A stretch of 63,541 bases of DNA from a virus (taxonomy: Duplodnaviria > Caudoviricetes): IMG/VR virus record IMGVR_UViG_3300032242_000295, positions 1 through 63,541 of that record; one strand, 5' to 3'. Position 1 is the first letter of the stretch. Each line of letters opens with the position of its first letter. Shown in pieces: positions 9,194 through 17,613 of the stretch. Below the pieces are notes generated by a model, which saw nothing but the letters and a program-made list of their open reading frames with translations, ran no database searches and had not been told where the DNA came from. Made by a program: the position numbers and the translations under genes.

Positions 9194-9664
9194 TTACTTC
9201 TTTTTAGCCATTCCACCGCGCTTGTAAGTGCCGTGGGTTAATGTTGCTTTGCCTGTGCCTATGGCGTTACCAGCCATTTTTGGCATCATGCCCTTAGTCT
9301 TGCCTTTGGCTGCAATGCCGTCGCGGCTGGGAGCAGCAGTGCGAACAGGAGCCATCTTCTCTTTGGTGATTCCCTTGCTTTGCTTGTTAGCGCCCATGCC
9401 AGTGGTATCTCCACCCATGCCCATTTTTTTCATACCCATTTTCATTTCACCACCTCTTTTGAATAAAGCCTTTTCACCGTGATTGGTCTTTGGCTTGTTT
9501 GCTACTTGGGAATCAGCACGAGTATCCGCACTGAACTTTTTTCCCTTATCTGCTGAAGTAAATTCTTTACCCACAGATTGAGGGATGCCAACACGCTTTG
9601 CAGCGGCTGGATCGTTGGCGACCATCGCCATCAGATTATGTTGTTTTTGACTGGTACTAGGCAT
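9194..9664 (-). CDS. Small basic protein with GG motifs and internal shared tag
   Basis: MPSTSQKQHNLMAMVANDP; FKRGG, YKRGG, SRDGIAAKGKTKG. Confidence 0.7.
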   Translation of the reverse strand: MPSTSQKQHNLMAMVANDPAAAKRVGIPQSVGKEFTSADKGKKFSADTRADSQVANKPKTNHGEKALFKRGGEMKMGMKKMGMGGDTTGMGANKQSKGITKEKMAPVRTAAPSRDGIAAKGKTKGMMPKMAGNAIGTGKATLTHGTYKRGGMAKKK

Positions 9665-9839
9665 CTTTTTTCAACAGCTTTTGAACCGTATCTGTTTCGT
9701 ATATACGGATACACATCCATACTATACCTAAAAGAGAGCCAACTAACGTGGCGACTGGAGTCATCCAGCCCATCATGCCAGAGAACGTGACTGTCAAAGC
9801 AGCCCCGTCTGTTAGCGCTTTAGCTTCATGTCCGTTCAT
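9657..9839 (-). CDS. Small membrane protein (holin-like)
   Basis: 60 aa with hydrophobic helices followed by RIYETDTVQKLL. Confidence 0.5.
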   Translation of the reverse strand: MNGHEAKALTDGAALTVTFSGMMGWMTPVATLVGSLLGIVWMCIRIYETDTVQKLLKKDA

Positions 9840-10147
9840 ACAAACCTTCCTTTGGTTCTGCCCTTTTGAGCTGTTCCGTCCGCAGATTTTACATAACCGC
9901 CGTCAGCACAGTTCCATGCTCTAAGACTTTTATTGATCCTAGAGTTGGGATCATTAGCAGTCTTTGCGGAGGTCAACTTCTTCTTCATACCACTCATCCT
10001 CGCACAGAAAGAGTCTCGCCTTGATCCTCCCTCTGGTTGAGGCGGTTTCAGATTGTGACCTTCTTTCTTCGCGGAGGCCCGACCCTTGGCGTTCAGTCCG
10101 CCATTGGGGTTCTTGCCCTCCTTGCGTTGCCATGCTGGAGTCGCCAT
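9836..10147 (-). CDS. Small basic protein (DUF6321-like) with C-terminal shared tag
   Basis: AWQRKEGKNPNGGLNAKGRAS...SFCARMSGMK...SRINKSLRAWNC, then ADGG and ADGTAQKGRTKGRFV. Confidence 0.75.
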   Translation of the reverse strand: MATPAWQRKEGKNPNGGLNAKGRASAKKEGHNLKPPQPEGGSRRDSFCARMSGMKKKLTSAKTANDPNSRINKSLRAWNCADGGYVKSADGTAQKGRTKGRFV

Positions 10148-10150
10148 ACA

Positions 10151-12802
10151 TTAAGCCTGCGCCTCTTTCCAAGACAAGCGAGCATAAACGTCGGTTGCTG
10201 TTGCTGTCAACGGAGTTACGCAAACATACAAAATGTCCGGACCGTCTGGATAGAAACCTGCTTGTGATGCTGGCACAGTGTTTGTTGTACCGCCGCCCAA
10301 AATTGAGTTACCCAAATCACGCACTTGAGACAAGTCCAAAGTGGTTTGACCGTTTGTGTTAGTAAACGCAGCCGCCACAGATTCACCGCCAATAACGGTT
10401 ACCGAGTTGGTAGTATTCGCCGCAACCTGAGACAGTGAAGATGTAAACGCGCCAGTCGCTGTAGTAACAGGAGATGTGAAAGTACCGCTGAAAGTACCGG
10501 TGGTAACACCATTCAAAACCAAGTTAACTAGCAACGGACCAGATGCATAAACACCCAACTCAACGAGTTGCAATTGCATACGGTTAATAATTTCTTTTTT
10601 ACCTAGCAAATCAACTGTACCGTTATCAACTGCTGGCGCAACACGGATAGCTAACACTGGAGTCAATGCAGTAACAGATGTTGTGGTTGTTAATTTGCTT
10701 GTACCGTAGTTAAAAATTAACGACTTATCGTCATCGAAACGTCCGTCCATGATGACTGATGAACCCCAGTGTGATAGGGATGCAGCGGTATCAGGAGCCG
10801 CGTACTCAACACCGATTGGCGTTGTTGCAGAGTAGGTAAATGTTTGAGCAGTACCAGCACCACCAGACTGCGCACGGGCGCTGATTGTCAATGTGGTTCC
10901 AGTTTTAGCGGAGTAAGTAATGTATTCAACATTACCTGTTTGCGTGCCATCTTGAATTTTTATTGTTCCAGTAGGAGCAAATCCAGAAGTATCCGCAACA
11001 TTAATTGTTCCGCCGGTAGTTGCGCTGGAGGCTAATGTGGCAGTCAAGAATGTAATTGGAGTTACACCATTTGACTCGTAGTGTGCCGCCATGTTTCCAG
11101 AGCGCATGTAAGCTTCATAGCGCTGGTTGTTATTGGTCTGTTGGTACACATAGGTGATTTGACCTTTTGAGGTACGTAGACCCCAGCGCATAAATCCAGC
11201 ACCGTACCAAGAATAGTCGATGTACCACATCTGCATCTTGGTCAAGTCAAGATTGTAGCCAGATGGACCTGTTCCGTCTAACGGATCAAGCCATAGTGAA
11301 CGAGGCACGCGAACGTCAATAGTCTTCGACGCTAAAGCACCAGCCAATGTAGCGCCACGATACTCAGAAGTTAAATACAACGATGTATCGCTTGCGATGC
11401 TGTTTACACGGTATGTTTGACCACGAATAACAATTAAGCTACCGGGCTGCAACTGAGTACTAAACTGAGTTCCTGTACCTGTAACAGCAGAGGATCCAGA
11501 TGTTACAGAAACGGTTCCACCCAACTGATTAACACTATTGCGCCAAACAGCATATAAAGTCTGACCGTCATACTCGAAGAAGATACCGTTTTGCTGGTCA
11601 AAGAAACCAACACGGTTGCTAGAGCCATACCAATTGATAGGGCTGACCTTAATCAACAAGCCAGTAGCAGTGGTAATCGATGGCGCACCTGATGTAGTTG
11701 TGTACGTAAAGGTGCTGGGTGTAGGTACGGTGGCAACAGTAAATGTACCGTTGTATTGACCTTGATCGCAACCGCTAACAATAACTGTACAGCCAACCGC
11801 CAAATTGTGGTTAAAACGTGTGGTTACTGTAGCGGTTGTGCCTGATGCCGTGATGCTAGTCACAAACAAGGCTGGGCAAACTGAAGTACCTGTTGAGAAC
11901 TGAATGCCTTTACCAGACTGGTAACGGAAGTAACGACGGGTTTGACGAATCAACTGGCTGTTTGGCACACCAGAAGTAGCAGAGAACGCTACGCCGCCAT
12001 CAAATGCACGAGACTCAACATAACCTGCTGGACGTGCATAAATGTTTGTCTGCCCTGCTGATGTAGTCACAGTTCCAGAAGCAGCAGCCGCAGTCACAGT
12101 AAATGTATTAGCCGTAGGTACGGTTGCAACAATGTAAGCACCGTTGACGTTTGTACCTCCGGTCGTTCCAACAATGTATGCAAAACTGCCCTTACTCAAT
12201 CCATGTGGGTTTACTGTAGTTACAGTAATAACAGTTGAACTAGTCACCACAACAGAGCTTGTGCCAGCCGCCACTTGAATGCCTGCGCCAGAGTAGAAAT
12301 ACCCCGTGTAAACGTAGGTTAGTGCAGCGTTGTAGTACGCAGCAGAGTTGGTTGTAGTCGAAGAGCCGGGAGCCAACAACACGGTGATTGTGGTGTTTGT
12401 TCCGCCTGTTACAACATAACCCCAACCATTGATGGTGGAGTTTGTAGAGTTTTGAATGTAGATAGGTGTGTTATTAGCAATCGTGCCAGTAAACGTGATT
12501 GTGATTTGATCTGCTGTTGAAGTTCCAGTAATAGCTGAAACAGTAACTGGTAATTGGGGAATGTAATAACAACTTGGTCGCACATTTTGTAGTGCAATAG
12601 ATTCCCACTTAGTAGGCTGTTGCCCATATTCAAAGTCGGTATCAATCAACGCTTGTGGCGAAGAGATACGCATCTTGCCCACGGGGTCTTGAGCGCCGGG
12701 AGCAGGTGTTATATAGGGCGATACAGCGCCCGAATCATTTTTCCCAGTTATGGGCAGCGACTTGTTTAAGTTCGCGTCAACTACGGTCCATCCACCTGAC
12801 AT
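10151..12802 (-). CDS. Large virion structural protein (fibre/spike-like)
   Basis: 883 aa, Thr-rich beta repeats (VTTxxxHxL..G..YNG.F.VATVPT..TFT), RQTRRYFRYQSGKG motif. Confidence 0.7.
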   Translation of the reverse strand: MSGGWTVVDANLNKSLPITGKNDSGAVSPYITPAPGAQDPVGKMRISSPQALIDTDFEYGQQPTKWESIALQNVRPSCYYIPQLPVTVSAITGTSTADQITITFTGTIANNTPIYIQNSTNSTINGWGYVVTGGTNTTITVLLAPGSSTTTNSAAYYNAALTYVYTGYFYSGAGIQVAAGTSSVVVTSSTVITVTTVNPHGLSKGSFAYIVGTTGGTNVNGAYIVATVPTANTFTVTAAAASGTVTTSAGQTNIYARPAGYVESRAFDGGVAFSATSGVPNSQLIRQTRRYFRYQSGKGIQFSTGTSVCPALFVTSITASGTTATVTTRFNHNLAVGCTVIVSGCDQGQYNGTFTVATVPTPSTFTYTTTSGAPSITTATGLLIKVSPINWYGSSNRVGFFDQQNGIFFEYDGQTLYAVWRNSVNQLGGTVSVTSGSSAVTGTGTQFSTQLQPGSLIVIRGQTYRVNSIASDTSLYLTSEYRGATLAGALASKTIDVRVPRSLWLDPLDGTGPSGYNLDLTKMQMWYIDYSWYGAGFMRWGLRTSKGQITYVYQQTNNNQRYEAYMRSGNMAAHYESNGVTPITFLTATLASSATTGGTINVADTSGFAPTGTIKIQDGTQTGNVEYITYSAKTGTTLTISARAQSGGAGTAQTFTYSATTPIGVEYAAPDTAASLSHWGSSVIMDGRFDDDKSLIFNYGTSKLTTTTSVTALTPVLAIRVAPAVDNGTVDLLGKKEIINRMQLQLVELGVYASGPLLVNLVLNGVTTGTFSGTFTSPVTTATGAFTSSLSQVAANTTNSVTVIGGESVAAAFTNTNGQTTLDLSQVRDLGNSILGGGTTNTVPASQAGFYPDGPDILYVCVTPLTATATDVYARLSWKEAQA

Positions 12803-12820
12803 ATTAACTCCTTAAATCCA

Positions 12821-12841
12821 AAGAAAGGGGCCGAAGCCCCC
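12821..12841 (-). terminator. Intrinsic terminator (GGGGC-UUCG-GCCCC plus U-tract)
   Basis: Minus strand reads GGGGCTTCGGCCCC TTTCTTT just after the 12848 stop. Confidence 0.75.
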
Positions 12842-12847
12842 GCTTAA

Positions 12848-13852
12848 TTAGTCAAAGTTGCCGTATGGATATACAGTCTGCGAACCAATTGTTCCGTCAA
12901 GTTGTGTGTAACGGCATGTGAAGTAGAACTTACCAACCAAAGCAGTAGAGATTGTGTAAGTAATACCGGTTGGAGTACCAGAAGTAGTCACAATTGCAGT
13001 GCCATCCAAGTTAGTCAGGGTAAATCCTGTAACAGTACCAGCACCACCAGAAACAGCAGAAACCAAATAAGTTGTTGGGTTGCTGTAGCCAGTAATAGAA
13101 CCTGTACCGCCGTAAGTACCAGACAAAGTCAACTGTTGACCAACTGACAAGAACGAGTTTGATGTACAAGTGAAAGTACCGGCTGTATCGGCGATTGCTA
13201 CACCTGCAACAGTCGCTGTCGCAACGCGGGTGTCTAAACTAGTACCTACTAACGCAATGGTAAACACGACCTGTGATACCAAAGAGCTATATGGGCTTGA
13301 TCCTTGACCGGCTGCTGGTGGGTTGGTGATGTCACCTGTAGTGCTTGACTGTGAGGTGATCTGTGCCGCAGTGAAGGTAGACAACGATTGGCGACCAACA
13401 GCAGAGATTGCGCCAGTTTTGAAATACTTAGCAGTTCCTGCGGCGGCTGTGTAGTTGTTAGATACGTACACAGTTGCAGAAGAAAGAGCAGCAGAACCAC
13501 CAGAAACGGCGGGTACAACTCCAACGTCAACAAATACATCGTTTAAATTTGAACCGTAAGGCAAATACATAACAGCGCCACGATAGACGTTGGTTGCTGT
13601 GTCGGCAGGGATTGTTTGAGCTGTAGGAGGGTAAGCAGTCGCAGATGGGCTGTAAACAGTAGCGTTTTGGTTAGGGATTTGGTTTCCATTAACAAACTGA
13701 CCAGAACTACCGCTATACATAGCAGTGCCGTTGGCTGTGTTAGTGAAATCAAGGTCGCAATACTGAACGAGGTCTGTGTAGCCTACGTTACGAAATGGAC
13801 CAAAACGGTTGTCGCCAGATAGGACTGGACCTTCAAAGGTTGCGCGTGCCAT
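12848..13852 (-). CDS. Capsid decoration / head fibre-like protein
   Basis: MARATFEGPVLSG N-terminus; own promoter, RBS and terminator, downstream of the MCP gene. Confidence 0.6.
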   Translation of the reverse strand: MARATFEGPVLSGDNRFGPFRNVGYTDLVQYCDLDFTNTANGTAMYSGSSGQFVNGNQIPNQNATVYSPSATAYPPTAQTIPADTATNVYRGAVMYLPYGSNLNDVFVDVGVVPAVSGGSAALSSATVYVSNNYTAAAGTAKYFKTGAISAVGRQSLSTFTAAQITSQSSTTGDITNPPAAGQGSSPYSSLVSQVVFTIALVGTSLDTRVATATVAGVAIADTAGTFTCTSNSFLSVGQQLTLSGTYGGTGSITGYSNPTTYLVSAVSGGAGTVTGFTLTNLDGTAIVTTSGTPTGITYTISTALVGKFYFTCRYTQLDGTIGSQTVYPYGNFD

Positions 13853-13873
13853 AAATTTTCCTTATGCAAAAGA

Positions 13874-13934
13874 GCTTTACCGATCGTTGCATCGTCTGCT
13901 GGGGCAGTGGTGGTAAAGCGGATCACCCAGATGC
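13874..13934 (-). ncRNA. Pseudoknotted cis RNA element in the leader of 12848..13852 (candidate Mu-gpT-DE-like motif)
   Basis: Minus strand GCAUCUGGG pairs with CCCAG/GAUGC, crossed by the 8-bp GCUUUACC/GGUAAAGC helix; ends just before the AAGGA RBS. Confidence 0.55.
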
Positions 13935-13938
13935 TGAC

Positions 13939-13966
13939 ATAATACACCAAATTTGACGAATGTCAA
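13939..13966 (-). promoter_or_regulatory. Sigma70-like promoter
   Basis: TTGACA-N16-TATTAT on the minus strand, immediately before the RNA element. Confidence 0.55.
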
Positions 13967-14005
13967 CGCCATATTTGTGTCACGATAAACGAAAATAATT
14001 GGTTT

Positions 14006-14434
14006 ATGCCATACAAAATTCGCCTTATAGATCACAAAGAACCTAAGTGGCGTCTCGTCCTCAAATCACTACAAAAGGCTTGTCTGCCCGGAGATACTAT
14101 TTATGCGCCCAACAACGGATACTGGCACTTGGCTTTTGGACCAGATATGGTACCGGTTGCTTTCTCCGGTCTTGTTCCTTCTCAGCGCTGGAGTGATTGT
14201 ATGTATCTGTGCCGCGCAGGTGTGCTACCTGCTCATCGCGGACAAGGACTGCAGAAACGACTTATTAGAGCCCGTATACAGGTGGCTAAAGAAAAGGGTA
14301 TGAACTGGTTGGTCACCGACACCAACGATAACCCAGCCTCCGGAAACTCTTTGATTGCCTGTGGGTTTAAACTGTTTGAGCCCACTGTGCCTTGGGCAGC
14401 CAATGGCGCTATCTACTGGCGCATGAAACTTTAA
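14006..14434 (+). CDS. GNAT-family acetyltransferase
   Basis: AGVLPAHRGQGLQKRL acetyl-CoA motif A; NPASGNSLIACGF motif B. Confidence 0.85.
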   Translation: MPYKIRLIDHKEPKWRLVLKSLQKACLPGDTIYAPNNGYWHLAFGPDMVPVAFSGLVPSQRWSDCMYLCRAGVLPAHRGQGLQKRLIRARIQVAKEKGMNWLVTDTNDNPASGNSLIACGFKLFEPTVPWAANGAIYWRMKL

Positions 14435-14486
14435 TGGTTCATATATAGACCATTAAGCCCCCTAATGACACTTTAATGGATCATCT

Positions 14487-14876
14487 ATGCCCTATAAAGA
14501 CCCCGAACTAAAAAAAGCAAAACAAAAACTTTATGCCGCCAAGCATTACGAGGCAAACTCTAAGGCAATAAAGGCTAGTACCAAAATACGCAATAGAACA
14601 TTAAAAGCGCAGTGGGCGGAGTTTAAAGCTACCCTCTCTTGCATGGAGTGTGGCATGGATCATCCGGCAGTGCTGGACTTTCATCACATAGAGCCAGAGA
14701 TGAAAACTGGCAGCATACACAAGTTTGTGCAGGCTAAACGCTGGAAAAGGGCGTTTGAAGAGGTGGAGCAATGTATCGTATTATGCGCAAACTGCCACAG
14801 AATTGTTCATTATACTGAACGTTATCAAAAGAAAGCCGCCAAAAAAGCCAAGAAAAACGGGGCCGAAGCCCCGTAA
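14487..14876 (+). CDS. HNH endonuclease
   Basis: CMECG...LDFHH...CIVLCANCHRIVH. Confidence 0.85.
   Translation: MPYKDPELKKAKQKLYAAKHYEANSKAIKASTKIRNRTLKAQWAEFKATLSCMECGMDHPAVLDFHHIEPEMKTGSIHKFVQAKRWKRAFEEVEQCIVLCANCHRIVHYTERYQKKAAKKAKKNGAEAP
14851..14874 (-). terminator. Intrinsic terminator for the acidic-protein gene
   Basis: ACGGGGC-TTCG-GCCCCGT plus TTTTCTT on the minus strand; same 14-bp core as 12827-12840. Confidence 0.7.
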
Positions 14877-14896
14877 AGTACGGAATCTATGCCCGT

Positions 14897-15241
14897 TTAT
14901 TTTTCATCCGTAGTCGTGATATTGAAGATATAGGTACCGCCGGCAGCCTCTTCGGACTCTTCCTCTTCTTCGTCTTCGTCTTCGACTTCAACCCACTCGT
15001 CGTTTTCTTCGTCGTACTTGTACCAAGTCTCTCCTTCTACGTCGTAGAAATAGTTGTCGTCTTCTTCTTCGTCTTCTTCGTCTTCTTCAACGACTACGTC
15101 ATAGTCTACAGCCCAGCCGTGAGCTTGTTGAAATTCGATAAATTCTTTGATGATTTCAATCTTGTCGAAATCAAAGGTCTCGATAGTCAAAACTTCGTCG
15201 TCAGTACCCCACTCGCTGAGGTCAATAGTGATCTTATACAT
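14897..15241 (-). CDS. Highly acidic small protein (possible DNA mimic)
   Basis: Long Asp/Glu runs with interspersed aromatics; start at MYKITID behind a GGAG RBS. Confidence 0.65.
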   Translation of the reverse strand: MYKITIDLSEWGTDDEVLTIETFDFDKIEIIKEFIEFQQAHGWAVDYDVVVEEDEEDEEEDDNYFYDVEGETWYKYDEENDEWVEVEDEDEEEEESEEAAGGTYIFNITTTDEK

Positions 15242-15321
15242 GTGTTCTCCAAGGTTAAAAATGGCACAGCTCGGGGCTGTGGAATCATCGTAGACCACCT
15301 TTATTACTTCTGCAAGACAAT

Positions 15322-15346
15322 AAAAAAGGCCCCTTTTGGGGGCCTT
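15322..15346 (-). terminator. Intrinsic terminator after the major capsid gene
   Basis: AAGGCCCC...GGGGCCTT hairpin with T-tract on the minus strand. Confidence 0.75.
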
Positions 15347-15369
15347 CAGTTGAAACTTTGGTTTTCCTT

Positions 15370-16281
15370 TTAGAAAGAACCAGAAGATCCAAAAATACCG
15401 AGAGGGTCAGACCAGCCGAAGCTGTAACGCTCACGTGATTTGTAACGCACGTTGCCGGTGTCGAAGTCGCCGTCCATGCTGTTTTGCAGCGGTGTACGTA
15501 CGAAGTGCTTCAAACCGTTAGGCACGTCTGTAGTCAAGAACCAAGCATTAACGTCGGTCAAGAAGTGGTTAACAGTCCAGCCTTCTGGAATAGAACCGTT
15601 GTTCTCAAGGGCGTTAATGTCGTTGTTGTTTGTTCCAACGCGCAACTTAGTTTCGAGCAAGCGGGTTGCAACGAACTGGAGTGCTGGAGGAATAATCAAC
15701 TTCTTAGGTTTAGCGGCGATCAACAGACCACGCTCATCAGTCCAAGCAGCGATTTGAATAACGGCGGCTTCAAGGGAAGTCTCGTTCAAGTCAGCTTGAG
15801 TTGCTGGAGTGTTGCTGTTTGTACCACCGTTAACCAAGGGGTGTGCTGTAGAGAACAACGCAACGCCGTCGCCGCCAACGTATTGAGCAGAGAAGCCGTT
15901 GTTCAAAATAGACGCAGCCTTAACTTGCTTGGTGTAAGCCATAGCGCGAGCCAAACCTTTGGTGTAGCGAGCAGACAAGCTGTCGTACAAGTTGTCTTCG
16001 ATCGCCTCTTCGGTGATCGAGAAACCCAAAGCGATGGTTTCGTGGTTATAGCGAGTAGTCCATGCCTCTTGTGCATTGTCATAGCTGATGGCAGAACCTT
16101 CAGCCTTGACAGGAGCAGCAGAGAAACCTGAAAGTTTCGTTTCTTCTTCGAATGAGCGCTCAGAGGTTTCTGTTTCGTAGATCTCTTTGTGCTCTTCGCC
16201 GTAACGAGCGTACTCCAAACCAAACAGTGCGTTTAAACCGGGAAGGAGTTCTTTAAGTAGTTGTGCGCGTGAAATAGCCAT
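15370..16281 (-). CDS. Major capsid protein (Mu gpT-like, HK97 fold)
   Basis: MAISRAQLLKELLPGLNALFGLEY...RERYSFGWSDPLGIFGS; follows portal and scaffold; strong RBS and terminator. Confidence 0.9.
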   Translation of the reverse strand: MAISRAQLLKELLPGLNALFGLEYARYGEEHKEIYETETSERSFEEETKLSGFSAAPVKAEGSAISYDNAQEAWTTRYNHETIALGFSITEEAIEDNLYDSLSARYTKGLARAMAYTKQVKAASILNNGFSAQYVGGDGVALFSTAHPLVNGGTNSNTPATQADLNETSLEAAVIQIAAWTDERGLLIAAKPKKLIIPPALQFVATRLLETKLRVGTNNNDINALENNGSIPEGWTVNHFLTDVNAWFLTTDVPNGLKHFVRTPLQNSMDGDFDTGNVRYKSRERYSFGWSDPLGIFGSSGSF

Positions 16282-16294
16282 TTTAAATTACTCC

Positions 16295-17137
16295 TTAGAC
16301 TGCGGTAGCAGTGTAGTACTCATGGTTACCAAAGTTGATCTTGACGAGCATCTCTGGAATCTGAGTAAAGACGATAGTGGAGCCAGACGGAATAGTAGTT
16401 GCCGTATTGCCCAGCGAAGTAGTAGCCACGTTGATGGTTACGCTTGTAGAACCAGCAGAAGCTGCGGTTGTTACAAAAGAACCAGTGCGAACGATCTGAC
16501 CGTTAGAAGCTACGTAAGATACATCAGTACCTGCAACGATTGCGCTTGGCAAGCCTGAGCCAGTCAAGGTAATAGTTGTAGAAGATGAGCTACCTGTTGC
16601 AGAAATAGCAGAAGCTGTATCTGGCACAACACCAACCACGCGGGCTGGGAATGTGCTTGTAGTCAAAGTTGCAGAGTAGTTCAAAGCAACTGCTGAGTTA
16701 CCAGTAGCGGTGCTTCCAGTGTTGTCAATCAAACCGTAGTTTTGACCGATCATGGCGTAGCTGCCTGAAGCAACTGTAGTACCAGATGAGCAAACAACAG
16801 CTTTGAACACTGTGTCAGGATCATCACAAACAATAGCGACAGCGTCACCAGCCAGCGTACCGCCGGGCCAGTATTGAGCAAATTGCTTTTGCTTTGTGAG
16901 TGGGTTAGTGTATGAACAGCCTAAGAAAATACCGACCATACCTTGAGCAGTACCGTCAGTAGTGATCGCTAGACGCATAGCGTTACCACGAACAACGCGT
17001 ACAAAGTCACCATAATAGATGCTTGTAGCGCTACCGTATTGAATAGGTATTTCACGAGTAGAACCCGCAAATACCTGACCTCCGATCAGGTTGATCGGTT
17101 TAAGACCGTAGGGGGCCGAAACCGTTGGATAAGCCAT
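16295..17137 (-). CDS. Capsid cement / minor head protein
   Basis: MAYPTVSAPYGLKP N-terminus; directly upstream of the MCP gene. Confidence 0.65.
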   Translation of the reverse strand: MAYPTVSAPYGLKPINLIGGQVFAGSTREIPIQYGSATSIYYGDFVRVVRGNAMRLAITTDGTAQGMVGIFLGCSYTNPLTKQKQFAQYWPGGTLAGDAVAIVCDDPDTVFKAVVCSSGTTVASGSYAMIGQNYGLIDNTGSTATGNSAVALNYSATLTTSTFPARVVGVVPDTASAISATGSSSSTTITLTGSGLPSAIVAGTDVSYVASNGQIVRTGSFVTTAASAGSTSVTINVATTSLGNTATTIPSGSTIVFTQIPEMLVKINFGNHEYYTATAV

Positions 17138-17157
17138 TTAAGACTCCTTAAAAAATG

Positions 17158-17613
17158 TTAATAGCCAGTTCCAAATGTGACTTTAGTTTGCCTTTCGGAA
17201 AACTTCTTCATACTTGGATGATCGTCTTTCATATAGCTGTTATCGACAGATTCCATGTTGGCTCTGTTTTGGTCTTCGTAATATTTCGCACGATCGACCA
17301 AGAACTCCTCAGGAATTCTGCATAACAACAAGCCGCCGATCTCGATGCCGCCTTTAAAGCGACCTTCTTCGGTAGCATGCATCATCATTTCCGGATATTC
17401 CTCCGCCTTGACGGGCTCATAACCCTCACGGAAACTAGAAGAAATATTCTTTGGATCGCTAGATCCCATCATCGTCACGCGAATCCAGCGGTGTTTCCAG
17501 CCGGGACGTGGGTCAGGATTTGGCAATCCTTCCGGACGACTCCATCGTGTAGGTCTACGCAGGTCTAAACGACTACTAGCCTCTCTTGGTTTGCGGTTTT
17601 GGGCTTCGGTCAT
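17158..17613 (-). CDS. Head-module protein of unknown function
   Basis: PDPRPGWKHRWIR...REGYEPVKAEEYP...GGLLLCRIP; between scaffold and cement genes. Confidence 0.7.
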   Translation of the reverse strand: MTEAQNRKPREASSRLDLRRPTRWSRPEGLPNPDPRPGWKHRWIRVTMMGSSDPKNISSSFREGYEPVKAEEYPEMMMHATEEGRFKGGIEIGGLLLCRIPEEFLVDRAKYYEDQNRANMESVDNSYMKDDHPSMKKFSERQTKVTFGTGY

